From assembly GCA_964016885.1 (NCBI GenBank), contig OZ024742.1, positions 191,394,001-191,458,000 of the forward strand: a DNA stretch of 64,000 nucleotides. The letters run 5' to 3'. The notes beneath the pieces were generated by a model. It did no database searches. It had not been told where the DNA came from and was given only the letters and a program-made list of their open reading frames with translations. The translations under genes were made by a program, and so were the position numbers. Source of the DNA: Eledone cirrhosa (taxonomy: Eukaryota). Shown in pieces: positions 38,833 through 51,794 of this stretch (position 1 is the first letter of the stretch; each line of letters starts with the position of its first letter).

Positions 38833-40252
38833 TATTAAATTAACAGATTAAAGTTTAAGCAAAGAATCGCTGCTTTCACCCTTAACGGTATCTTCTGAAA
38901 CTAACAAAGTCAATCTGTAAACGCAGAAGTGGATATTTCAAAACACGTTGCAACCGGAGGAAGACAGGAAGACGATACTTTGGTTCGTGGAAATGTTCCC
39001 TGGCAAAGAACGGGAAAAAACGAATATAATACGTCATTTTTTGGAGCGGTGAAAAACAAATACACACAAAGACAGAACCAAGTTTATGGTATAAAAGAAG
39101 TCGTAGACTAATGTGCACTTAGGTGGTTCGTAGAGACGTTCTCTGGCAATGAACGGAAAAAACGAAGATAATACGCCATATGTGCAGCGTGGAGAACAAT
39201 TGCACGCAAAAACTAAACCACGTGAATGGTATAGCTGACTAAAATTCTAACTAAGAAAGCAAATGATTCTCCACTTCAGAGTTAAGAATAAAGTAAATAA
39301 AATACAATACAGAGGTAATTGAAATTAAATAAATACATACACGCATCCAAATACGTACATATACAAGCATAAGCGAAAACACTCGCCATAGGTATACAAA
39401 ATCACGCACATATAAATATGTGTGTGTGTGTGTGTGTGCGTGTATACAAATAAATAAGTAATTAAATAAACGTATATAAATAAATAAATACGTATATAAC
39501 AAGCGCATGCACATACCTACATGTAAATACACAAATGTTCGGAGACGAAGGTCAATCAAAACATGAAGTACACATATACACGCACCCAACATACGTACGA
39601 ATCCGCATACTCACATAGACTCAAAACTCCCGTAAACACATAACCAAAAGCATATGTACCAGAATATATAAAAATATACGCCATAACATATACAATCAAA
39701 TATACGTACGAAAAAATATACGTACCTTCACAAAACATACAGGTAATATATACTTACCTATGCAAATAAACACAGCATATACTTAGCTACCACATCAAGA
39801 CGTAAAATATCCACGTATAGATCGTACTATCCTTTAGGGTATAATGTGGGACTGTAATAAAGGAAAGTTTTGTGCAATTTATGTTTACAAGCCGAAATTG
39901 CCTCAGATTTTTTGTTTATGATGTGGTCTGTGGCGTAGAGTATTTCCAGCGCCTCAGCGGCGCAGAGGTCACATGGTATTTTATTTCCGTTATACGATCT
40001 AGCCCTAGCTAGGATCTCCCAGTGTAACATATATTGGGTGTGGTTGCTCCTATTAATGACGTATTCTATCCGTTTTATCCCGTTTTTTGCCAGGGAACGT
40101 TTCCACGAACCAAAGTATCGTCTTCCTGACTTCCTCCGGTTGCATATGTTTTTAAATATCAACTTCTGCGTATACAGACTGAATTTTATTAGTTTCAGAA
40201 GATCCCGTTAAGGGTGAAAGCAGCGATTCTTTGCTTAAACTTTAATCTGTTA

Positions 40253-40258
<6 letters not shown>
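38833..40258 (-). mobile_element. 5'-truncated Penelope-like element with inverted pseudo-LTR
   Basis: GIY-YIG C-terminus LHWEILARARSY..CDLCAAE..INKKSE..CKHK (39827-40045); terminus 38833-39040 is inverted at 40050-40258. Confidence 0.85.
40191..40241 (+). ncRNA. Variant hammerhead (CAGAAGA core); further copies at 38852-38902 (-) and 31725-31775 (-)
   Basis: agttt CAGAAGA t-ccc-gttaa-ggg-t GAAA gcag-cgattct-ttgc TT aaact. Confidence 0.65.
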
Positions 40259-40283
<25 letters not shown>

Positions 40284-40313
40284 CACGAACACACACACAT
40301 ATATATATAATTA

Positions 40314-40456
40314 TTTTAATATAGAACAGCTTCTAGATGACTAGAACTGTTTCATTCGTGAGAAATCATCAGGTAGCTGACTTGGATAGTCAGTTTCCTG
40401 ATGATTTCTCACAAATGAAACAGTTCTAGTCCTGTAGAAGCTTTTCTATATTAAAA
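40314..40456. repeat. Palindrome, ~69-bp arms, with two opposed hammerheads
   Basis: Centre gctgact-tggat-agtcagt; a third, mutated copy of the arm at ~38165-38230. Confidence 0.88.
40392..40442 (+). ncRNA. Type I hammerhead ribozyme, predicted cleavage after 40436 (GUA)
   Basis: agtttc CTGATGA tttc-tcac-aaat GAAA cag-ttctagtc-ctg TA gaagct. Confidence 0.78.
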
Positions 40457-40509
40457 CATTTATACTCTACTATGCTTACCGTGGTTACCCCCGATTGAAC
40501 ACGGAATAA

Positions 40510-40549
<40 letters not shown>

Positions 40550-40569
40550 CACACACACACACCCACACC

Positions 40570-40641
<72 letters not shown>

Positions 40642-40666
40642 CAGACACACATATATATATAAGGCA

Positions 40667-40940
40667 AAAAGATGAAATCGAAAATGCAACCGGAGTCTTT
40701 TTTTTTAAATATATTTATTCCGTTCCTTTACCGGTTTCGAAATTCTTGTGCTTTTCATTTTCAAAAGTAGAAATGAGTGGAGGGTTTGTGGTTTTTCTCG
40801 CATCAGATGCAAAAAGAACCACAAACCCTCCACCTCAATTCTACTTTTGAAAAGCACAAGAACTTCGAAACGGTAAAGGAACCGAATAAATATATTAGAA
40901 AAAAAAAAAACGCCAGTTTCATTTTCGATTTGATCCTTTT
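40667..40940. repeat. Diverged palindrome, ~135-bp arms, with GAAA ccgg TA hammerhead-like half
   Basis: gtggagggtttgtggtt..gcatc a gatgc..aaccacaaaccctccac; tttaccggtttcgaa / ttcgaaacggtaaa. Confidence 0.85.
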
Positions 40941-41005
40941 ACTTGTACATTCACTCCTCTAAGACACCTCGTTTTTTTTTATTTTGTAAAAAAACCTCAC
41001 TTTCT

Positions 41006-41091
<86 letters not shown>

Positions 41092-41889
41092 CATATATAT
41101 ATATAAATGAGTAATGCTGGTCAGTGTGCTCGTTGTGTAGATACCCCTATGATCACTACATAAAGGTTTGTATACATAAAAGGGGTGTATTAAACTGGTT
41201 AGGGAACATTGAACTAGATTGCCATTAGGTGGAGGCATTACTACTTCGATCATTAATTAAATGTATGTAGGGCGTTCATCATTTCGGTCAAATGAACGTC
41301 AGAATCGTTCAATAACAAATATGAAGTAAGATATTCCACAGTCAGGTTTATCATTTTCTTAACTTTCTGAAGGAATCTGCGTTACAGTGTTTTATGTTCC
41401 TGGACTGTTCAGTTTGGTCCATTTTCTATTATAGTGTAATGGTAACAATAGTAGATTAGAAACCGAAACTCTATTGATAATGAACCCACCCACAAGGATA
41501 TGGTCCGAACGTGGAAGAGCCGAACTCCCAATGTCATCTCCTCCGTCTCTGTCACCCTCCCCATCTCTTTGTGTGGTGAACAAATGGGTTCAAACGTGTT
41601 GGCCTCTTCACAGCCCCTCAGATGGAATGGAGAAGGCATTTCCCCGGAGGATAGTAAGGGAGATGCGCTGGAAGAGCCATTCCAACTCGCGAGACTCACA
41701 GTTGCGGCTGGACAGATGGTGAGTAGGGAGGCAGCCCTAGGGACAAGGACACCAGATGTCTCCCCTACCAAGGTCACGACCAGTGTGTGCTTGCTTCACA
41801 GACACGCTAAAGGATAATGTAACATTACAAATTAAACGTACAGTCCATATTGATTTATAATGTTTAGGTAGTTGATTATTCTACAGACA

Positions 41890-42260
41890 TTTAACATAAT
41901 TCTCAGGGAGATTCAACATGACTCATTATATGACAGTGTGGCTCTTTGAGTTTCTGATACAAGCCATCCTACGAGTTTGCTTCATTTCTAGTTAATCCAA
42001 CTTTACTCGCATGCTTTGTACAGTTAATTTAATTCTCAGGGAGATTCAACATGTCACAATATATGATAGGGCTGGGTCTTTGAGTTACAGATACAAGTCA
42101 TCTGACGAGCTTCCATACATGTCACGGTCACCCAATTTCACGCGCATGATTTGGTTCGACCCGAGGTTTTTATAAGCAATGTTTACTCAGTACTACTTAT
42201 GATTGGCTCAAACACCGGACCTAATGACTTAGAAGAAACATCGTAACCACTTAGCCATGA
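41890..42260 (-). mobile_element. Old SINE-like sequence with a local ~135-bp tandem duplication; related opposite-strand remnant at ~42575-42722
   Basis: aattctcagggagattcaacatg at 41898 and 42031; decayed tRNA-like head (taaccacttagcc) on the minus strand. Confidence 0.45.
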
Positions 42261-43758
42261 ATGTATTCATTAGATCATTACTAATATGATGTAAGATGAC
42301 TTTTAAAGACATTTTATATACAGTTAGTTTTAATGTTCTTTTTACGTTTTATATATCTTGTAAACAAATCAAACACCTTAACTAATAACTAATTGATTAT
42401 TTGGTTTGTTAGTAAAAGCATGCAATGACGTCATTCATAATGGAATTACTCAATTGATTTTTTGATAATAAAATCATTTGATGTGGAAATGAAAGATGAA
42501 AAGTGTGTATTTAATCAAGAATAAAGATGCGTATATCATAAATAGTCAGAGACACAAATATTAAAAAGTGTGTAGGCAAGCCTGTCTGAGTGGTTTGGCA
42601 ATTTATATCAAAATAGTGTGGTTTCGAGTTTGCTCTCACTGTGCATCTATGAGAGACTTGGTATGATCAAAAACTTGTGATAGGAATTTTGAAGACGGAA
42701 ACCGTATGGGAATCTGTCGTTTAGAATGTACCTTTGCTGAATTCGCAAACTAGATTGGCAATGTAAGTGTTGAATTAGTAATGAACAGTGTGAATTTGTG
42801 GTACTGGGGGCGGACGTGAAGAATATTTAGCGCTTAGAACAAAATGTCTTCTTTCACCATACGTAGACGTTAATCGCTGCTTCGAATACTAAAACGAAAT
42901 GGTGTATTCGTTAATACAGTTTAAAACAATCACAGGAAATTGACTACACTGCAAATTCATTTCCGCGTGTATTATATTGAGAATTATAGTGTTTGATCCT
43001 ATCTTTTTTATTGTTGAATCTTGTAGGAAGTTGCCGTAAATTTGACGTTTTTCAGGCCTCTACGTATGGTGAGAGGTAAGGTGAAAGAAAGTTATTCAGA
43101 AACCGTAGAATTTGCCTGTAAACTTGCAACCGAGTGATCTCCTCTAAAATCGCCAAAAGCGGGAGTGAGGATGTTAAGTGAGTGACGATTAAATTAACAT
43201 ATTTGGTAGAAATATTATATCATCAGACAAAATATCTCGAGATGTTTCATTATAGAACTTTACTTTCTTAATTCAAATTACATTGAGGTCATCTTTGTCT
43301 TTCCTCAACCACTGGTTTGATGAAATAAAGTGCCAGTCACAGAAGGGGGTCTTTATATTCAACTGCTGAACACCTAAACATTTCTGAATATTTCGGCAGT
43401 ACTTACTTTTACTTGTACTTTTAGCGGGGTTCAACTGGAGTAGGTTGAGCCGGCTCCATCGAAGGAATTCATGATGTAAGTTCATTACAATGGTGTTTCT
43501 TCGGGCGTGGTTTTACAAGTGGTGCCCAGCTGCAAGTACATACAATTTAGGATAGAAAAATCAATGCATTAAATCGGTTGTCGCACCGAGCTCTCACTTT
43601 CACATCCAACCCCATTTGGTAGAGCCAATGCCGCAACGGAGACGCACAGAGGGAGTTTTGCCGGCAGATGTGATAAACATAAATTATTTAAGCCATTTTG
43701 TAGAACAGGAGCTGCTCAGCCCACAGCCCAACGCAGGCGTACCGACCCTCAGCACCAT

Positions 43759-43850
43759 TTCGTCCGTACATATACTGATATTGGAATGATACAGATAAAA
43801 TCAGCATGAACTCTGTGGAAAGATGAAAATTCCTGAAGCGTTCCATAATT
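43759..43850 (+). pseudogene. U6 snRNA pseudogene
   Basis: acatatactgatattggaatgatacagataaaatcagcatg...gatga--aaattcctgaagcgttccata aligns to U6; ACAGAGA box mutated, internal deletion. Confidence 0.9.
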
Positions 43851-44239
43851 ATTCAATAGCAGTACCCTTGTCTCATTACAGGTATGTTATGAGAATAAAT
43901 AAAAAAAGGAGTTACTGAACTGTTTTAACGATGGAAGGATAAATAATAAACCCCGATTTTCAACAAATTTGAACTTAGAACATAAGGTTATTTACCTGAA
44001 ACTTGTGTACTAACAATTATGCTATGTCAGCAGCCAGAAACTTGCTGGAGAGGAAAGTCAATAATATCGACCTCGGTGCATGACTGGGACTTTATTTTAT
44101 CGATTTCTGAAGGATAAAACGTAAATTTGATATTGGTAGCATTTGAAGTTAGAATGTAAATGTATATCACTAAATATCTATCAGATATCCCCGCTTTTCT
44201 AATAATTTTATTTCTTACGTTATTATTTCTCTCTCAGAA

Positions 44240-44910
44240 GTTGATCTCCAACAAGCACATGATAAGACGCCGGCACAGAGTATTCTACAAATTATTGGAG
44301 CCGTTTTAATGGGTGAAGGAAGACAGGAGTTTGAATTAAGTGCAGGAATTACAGAATATGGTGCAGTAATGTACCAGTTTCAGCATTCAGACATCAAGAG
44401 AAGGGAAGTAGCTTTAAATTCCAAGCTCACGGTATCCGTACAAACCTTTACATACAATCAAGACTCTTGGTTATTGGCGGAAAGAATGCGATTGCAAATA
44501 CAAGCGGTCGAGATGGCGTTCTCCTGAAGGATCTGTGGTGTAATGCTGTTTAATAGAATTTGTAGCTCGGAGATCACGGAGTCTCTCAAGGTAAATACCC
44601 TAATTGTTCACTCACAGCTTAGATACTATGGACATGGAATTAGAATATCCAAGGAAAGAATCGTTGGACAGATTTTATGCGCAAAACCAAATGCTGGAGT
44701 TCCAGCGGTAGACCACAATCAAGATGGTTGGATTACACCCAAGAGCTCGATTAGTCTCCCTTGGGTATGAAGTCGGATCAAATTGTAATAGTTGTTTATG
44801 ACAGGAACCAGTGGAAGGCGTGAAAACAAGTTCCACCCACGAATAAGCAAAAGAAGAAGTCGAAAGAAGAAGAAGAAGAAGAAGAAGAAGAAGAAGAAGA
44901 AGAAGAAGAA
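44240..44910 (+). pseudogene. RTE-clade LINE 3' fragment with (GAA)n tail
   Basis: TY..DSW.L..IQAVEMAF.RICGV..LRYYGH..R..ERI..IL..GRPQSRWLD, then (GAA)n at 44866-44910. Confidence 0.8.
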
Positions 44911-45114
44911 ATAAAAGCAAAAATAAAAAACAAAAAAGAAAAAGAAAAAAGAAAAAGAAATAAAAGGTATAAAAGAAGAAGAAAAGTTGAAAAAGAAAAA
45001 TAGAAGAAAAAGGAAAAGAAGAAAAAAGCAGAAGGTAAAGTACAGGACGAAGTAGAAAGCGAAAGGAAAAGGATAAAGCAAAGTTTCCATGTTTGTGTAG
45101 TCCTCCAGTAATTA

Positions 45115-45230
45115 TTGTGTCTACATCGGGCACAAGGCCTGTAATTATCCCAGTGAATTACTGGTACTTTATGTTATCGACCACGTAAGGATGAAAGGCA
45201 AAGTTTACCTCGACGGGATTTGAACTCAGA
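45115..45230 (-). mobile_element. 5'-truncated SINE
   Basis: ggcacaaggcc..ctggtactttatgttatcgacc..ggatgaaaggcaaagt..gggatttgaactcaga. Confidence 0.85.
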
Positions 45231-45796
45231 CAAAACCAAAATAAAATATAAAAATAAAAATAAAAATAAAAATAAAAATAAAAATAAAAATAAAAATAAA
45301 AATAAAAATAAAAATAAAAAATAAAAATATAGAAAAGGTGCAAAAGAAGAAAAAGAAAAAAAAGTTGAAACAGAAAAAAAGAAGAAAAAAGAAGAAAAAG
45401 CAGAAGGTAAAGGACAAACAGAAGGAGAAAGCGAAAACGAAAAGGAAAAAGCAAAGTTTCCATGTTTCTGGAGTCCTCCAGTAATTATGTCATTTATTCC
45501 TTACCAAATTTTGCTGTCTGAATAATGTTACAAGCAGAAATTGGAATCGAATTACTTGTACCACATGCAATCTGTTTAAATTTCTTAACTTAATTATTTA
45601 TTTCTATACATCGATCTCTTCTCGTATATTTATTTTGTTTTATATGATTTATACTATTTTTGTTATTTATTTTGATTTTTTATGTTAAATTTTAATTTGT
45701 TTGATTTTAAATATAATTAACTTGGAAACAAATTTAATTTTAAACTAACAATTACTTCAATTAAAATCAGACGGACTCTTGATTGAAAACAATTTC

Positions 45797-45850
<54 letters not shown>

Positions 45851-48800
45851 GGCGACCTACGTAGTAAATCGTATCATCGTGCGCTCCGCAAAGGTTTGTT
45901 AATTTCAGTTGTTTAAAATTACCATTAATGGAAATTTTTTATTGTTAGCTGTATATAAGTGCACATACATTGTTATCTGAAAAGGACACTCAAAAAGATT
46001 GGGGCCTTGAGCCCAAAATTTAAACTTTTATAATTATCAATCAAACATTTTTCTTTGAAAAATCATGAATGACTCAGAGTCACTCCTTCCTCACAAACTA
46101 ACACCTCACACCGACACTACCATTGTAAATATTACTACGTTTGCCAACACTAAAAATATAAGCAGTAACAATATTTTAAATTTGTCTCAGGCAGACATTC
46201 ATTTCCCGCCATTACCAATGACTGCAGGTGTTAAAACTGCCACCACCACCACCACCGCGACAACCACCAGCCCCCCCCCCCCCCATCCACCACCACCACC
46301 ACCGCGACATCAGAAACAAAAGAAAAAAATAAATTAACTCGTGATATCGAAATTAATTCAACCAAAATGAACTCCTCCACACCGAACACCACTGACGCCA
46401 CCACCACCACCACCACAACTGAAACTAAAAAAATTATTAATAACAAAAATAACGATAACAACATCAACAATGACATTAAGAAAACTACCCTGAGTTTTGC
46501 CAGAGTAGCAAAACAGTTCGAAGCAATTCAGGTAACTCAGGAGGAATTAGAAGAAGCCAAAAAAATGGTAAAGAAAGATGCGTACAGGGTCAGCCCCCCC
46601 CCCCCCCCCCCCCCCCTCCTACCCACCTAATAAAATGGAGCATCGGCACCTATGCACCGTGTCTTATCGAACAATTAATATAAAATCGCGCCGAGTGGAA
46701 CGGGCATCCGAGTCCCAAATCCCAAAAGCTTTGGACATGTGTCGGCAAAAAAACCCACATCAGATGTGGGCAGAAATATGGAACCGTGGACGTGTTCTTT
46801 TAAACACCACAGGAGGCGAAAGAACACTCCATTGCTCCATTAAGAAGTGACGACTTCACACTCGTCCCAAGCTATTGTGGCCAAAGACTCGTAAAGATCG
46901 GGGTCACCCACGTTCCACCGGCCATCGAAATTCCCTGGCTAATAGCTGCCGCCGTCCTCGCCGGCATCGAAGCCAACACCAAGATAATCGAAATAGCGAA
47001 AGAAAAGCAGGAGAATGGTCCGGATCTGGGATGGAGCTCCTGATCCAAGCGGACCAAAAAAGCATTGAGGAGATCCCAGAGGTAATAGACCTCACTGACG
47101 GCAGCCACCTCACCGTAATTGTCGAGGGCAGAAGGCCTAGGTGTGTCGTTTGTGGTGAAGGAACCCACCTAAGGGCTTTCTGCCCTCAGGCTAAAAGGTT
47201 GACGCCACCTCTCCTACCCACCTCAGTGACTCAACCATCAACACCACCAGCAGCAGAGATGGCAGCAACAACTGTAGCAGCAACAACAGAAGCAGCTGTA
47301 ACAGCAACAACCCAAGCAACAGTAGCAAAACCAACACCACCACCACCCAGCGCGTCAGAACTAGCACCAGCGCCTACATCATCCACCACGCCACAACCAA
47401 AACCAACGCCTGTGGAGGATTTTCCACTCCCCGGCCTATCACCACTGGAGACAGATTGTGACGACGAAGAGTGGGAAACGGTATCAGGAAAAAAGAAAAA
47501 AAGAAACCAAAAAAGAAAAAAAATTCTCTTCCCTCTCCATCCAAAAACAAAATACAGAGGGAAACAAATAAACTATCAAACAAAAAAGTTAGGACAGATA
47601 TGCCACCATCCACACCAGCATCACCAACCCTATTACCACAAACACCAACACCATCAACACCATTAACCCCAACACCATCAACATCATTAACCTCAACACG
47701 ATCATCACCAACACCACAAAAGTCACCAAAAAGCGAAACAGAAACAAACCCACAACAAACGCAAACAAAACAAAACAACCAAAACGATACACACTACACA
47801 ACATTAAAATTGAACAACAACCAATTATTACACTACATCCAACACAACACCAGCATCACAGAAATATACTACACAACAACCCAAAGGTTCACACCACCTC
47901 CACACATACAAATCACTCGCATCACACAGAAAACGTACACGACACTAAAACAAAATTTCCCCAAAGACATCGGAAAGTTCCGACAAACGCTCTCCAGGGG
48001 GATTTATAAGGACATCTTTCCGGAGGGGGCTACAAGCAATGAAAAGATGGAAAAACCATCCTTCTTCTACGAGAAGTAAGGTAAGTGGTCTTTCCCATCT
48101 TTTCCACTCCATTTCAACATGACCTCACTCAGAATAGGCAGCATAAATGCGCGTGGCTTGGGGTCATCATGGAAGCAGGGCCACCTGCTCAACGACCTCG
48201 GGTCACTAAATATAGATGTAGTGGCCATCCGCGAGACCAGAATCTCCGAAGCACGGCTCTTCGCACCGATCTTAGGCGGCTACGATGTGTACGCATCTCC
48301 CAGCCGTCCGGGATCGGGGTAGGAGTAGCTGTGCTTTTTCGGAGAGGTTTGGATCTCGTCATACGGACCATCTTCCTGGATCCAGAAGGTAAGTTGGTGG
48401 TGCTAGACGTGACCAGCGGAGACGGGAAAGCTTTCAGGCTACTGGCCGTCTATGCCCCGACAGGAGCAGGGCGGCCTGATTTCTTCCGGCGTCTGGAGAC
48501 CTTTCTTGGAACGTCCCGCTCTTTAGTGTTAGTGGGCGACTGGAACGGGATCTTAGATGCACGCTGGGACTGTGTGGGATTAGCGGATAGGGGAGGAGGG
48601 TGCAAGAGCCTTCCCCACCTGCTCAGGCGTTTTGAACTGTCTGACAGGTACCGATTGGGTTTCCTGAATGTGCCAATGTGTACTTGGACAAATGGCATTG
48701 TGTCATCCAGATCATATCTAGATAGAGTATTTTGTAGGGAAATAGATAGGTCTAGCATAGGCTGTCCACAATTCAAGATAGTCAGCTACACGGACCAGAA

Positions 48801-51743
48801 ATTCGTGATCTGTGTGCTTGACGTAGATAGGCTTCATAGACGAGGACCCGGCTATTGGAAGCTAAACGCGTCCTTACCAGCGCGAAAGGCCTACAGAGAC
48901 CGGATTAGCGAACTAGTTAAACGGGCGGTGACGGGCGCCATCGTCAACAACAAGTGGTGGTTTGCGCTGAAAAGAGCAATTAGTATAGAGTCCATTAGGT
49001 TTAGTAAGGCTTTAGCAATAGAGAAAAATAGAGCAGAGGGAGAATTAGTTAGACAATTAGACGAGGCGCTTAGCAAAGGCTTCGCGACCGACGTACTTGC
49101 GGCGAAATTGGCCCCTGACCAATTCTTCAATGCAAAGCACGAAGGCTGCGTTGTCAGAGCTAGGGTGCGTGCTCTCAGACACGAGGGGACGAAAGCCGTT
49201 CAATGGGCCCGAGTGGCGGAGGCGCGTCGTGGCAACAAAGCCACCATCCGGTCTTTGGTGGACCACGACGGGCGAATGCTACTCGATCCCGGGCAAATGT
49301 GTGAAGCTTTTCAGCGACACTTCGCACAGCTGTTCGGGGACAACGGCGGGCTGGATCGAGGGATGGACTTTAGTGTTTACCTCGACGGACTACCGCGGCT
49401 CTCGGCCACTGAGGCGGAGTGTTGCGAAAAGCCGATAACAGTCGCTGAAGTACGGGAGGCAATGGCTGGCTGCACAAGGGGTAAATCGCCTGGTTTTGGA
49501 TGGTCTGCCCTATGAACTTTACGTACAGATGCCAGACTTGTTCGGAGGCCGCTTGGCGGACGTCTACTGCAACTGGCAACAGAACGGGAGAATACCCAGC
49601 TCTGTGAGCCGAGGAGCTGTGGCGCTGCTGAGAAAGGATCCGAACAAGGCGGATAACATAGATAATTTTAGGCCCATAACTCTGCTAAACACAGAGTTCA
49701 AGATTTTGGCCAAGGTGCTACCAAAGAAGTTGGCGCTTGTCGTTGGTGGTCTGGTGGGAGAGGCGCAGACGTGCGCCATTCCCGAAAGATCCATCCACGA
49801 CAACCTCCACCTCATGCGATACATCGTAGAGAGGGTAGCCTAGGGAATCTGGCACGGGTGGGACCTTGATCAATTTAGATCAGTCGAAAGCTTTCGATAA
49901 GGTCGACCATCGTTACCTAGCGGCCGTCCTGAGGGCGGCTGGCTTTGGGCCCGTCTTCAGAGGCTGGATCTCTGTCATGCACAGCGACATCTGCTCTGTG
50001 GTGAGAGTGAACGGTCACCTTTCGGAACCGTTCAACATCATGCGCTCGGTCCGCCAAGGATGTCCCCTCTCGTCCCTCTTGTACGTATTGACTCTCGAGC
50101 CATTACTGCACAAACTGGAGACGTTGAGGGGGTCCCGCGCGAACTAGGATGCGGAAGATCCGTGTCCGCATATACGGACGATGTCACCGTAGTGGTGTCG
50201 AACGCCAAACACATCGAGACGATCGGCACTACACTAAGAGAATACGAAGCGGTGACAGGAGCAATGATCAACCAGTAAAAGTCAGTGGGCCTGCAGCTCG
50301 GCACCTGGAGAGACAGGTCCATGCCGTCCAACAGCGTCGTCGGGCGCTGAACGGATGGACCGGTTAAATTGCTAGGGGTCTGGTTCGGTCCGGACCTCCA
50401 GACGGACAAAAAGTGGGACGAGGTGACGAGCAGGGTGGCTTCTCTCACCCCGAAATGGGCGGAGAGGAAGCTATCCCTGAAAGGTCAAGCGGAGGTGGCT
50501 AACACGCACATCGCGTCCGTCATCTACTACCGCCTGACCGTCGTACCTTGTCCTAAGCCCCGCTTGACTGCATTCCGATGGTCAGGCGGTCCATCTGCTG
50601 TCAACACCCGCTAGGTGGAGGGCTGGGCATCCCGTGGCTGATGATGCGCAGACACGCGCTCAGGCTACGACATCTCCACCTCTCCCTCGACGGTGATCAG
50701 GTGTGGTCGCCGTTTGCTAGACGCGTCTTTTCCCAGCTCGTCTCCTTGACGGAGCTGCAGTCCTGGGTCAAGCAAAGACCGAAGGGAGCGCTTGGAGACT
50801 GGAATATCTTCAGGCGCTCACAGCCCTCCACCAAGCGGGCAATGTGATCGGTGGAAACTCCACCTTGGCGTTCTATAGGGGATTAGTGGAGGGGAAGAGC
50901 GACGACGTACTTGGAGAAACTCTAGGCGCCGACGAAAATCAACTAGCCAATCTCTTCGGAAGGACTTTGGGGCCGGAGCCTATGGACAACTTCCAGAAAT
51001 CCCTGGCCTGGCAGTGCTACCGAGGAGCTTTGCCAGTTCGGGATAAATTGTACAGGCATGGAGGTGCCGTCAGCCGGGCATGTCCGAGATGCAGCGCAGG
51101 GCGACGAAACCGTCCTGCACGCACTCGTCCTGTGTCCGAGCATTGCTGACTTGTGGGTTTATGTCGAACACCTGCTGTCACGTGTAGGACGGATCCAGCT
51201 ATCAGCTGAGTCTTTCGTGAGGATTGCCCCGCCCTCTTCCTTTAGCCGGGAAGGGCAGGCAGTTTTTATCTGTCTGGTGGCCATGGCGAAAGAGATAGTA
51301 TGGTGGACACGTTTGAAAGGGCTGAAGACGAGCACTTACCACTTCGGTGATGCCCTGATTAACTTCTTCAAATTTCATTTGAAAAGGAAAATCAGGGTAG
51401 GGAGGGAACTACTCTCTTCCCAGCATTTTGTTGAAAGATCGGTGAGACAAGCAAGTATGGCCCGTGTGAATGGGCCTACTCTGGGTATGTGTCTGTAAAT
51501 TAAAGGTGGAAAACTGGGAGAGGGCACTTGCCTTGGTGGTCAGGGTCACTGTGGCCTTTAAATGGGCTTTCTCCACAAATGTCTCTCGGAAGTCTCCCCC
51601 CTATTGGGGAATTTTCCATAGTTATTTTTTATTACATCCTCTGATTTTTTACACGCAGAAATGCCCATTTGTACCGTCCTGTATTGTCCTGTACTGGCTT
51701 TAATGTCTACTTTATGTAAACCCTTGTGTTTAATAAAGAAAGC
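45851..51743 (+). mobile_element. Full-length decayed Tx1/L1-clade LINE in (ATT)n
   Basis: Highly similar to 22844-28738; ORF1 46065-48079 and ORF2 48119-51498 broken by frameshifts, stops and a small deletion near 50570. Confidence 0.95.
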
Positions 51744-51794
51744 ATCATTATTTTTATTATTTTTATTATTATTATTATTATTGTTATTGTTATT

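Noticed and set aside
40088-40130. Second hammerhead (AAGACGA..GAAACGTTC) in the PLE terminal repeat
   Set aside because: Two core substitutions and no workable stem III; too weak to call
43759-43850. Functional U6 snRNA gene
   Set aside because: ACAGAGA box and internal stem-loop mutated, internal deletion, no oligo-T terminator
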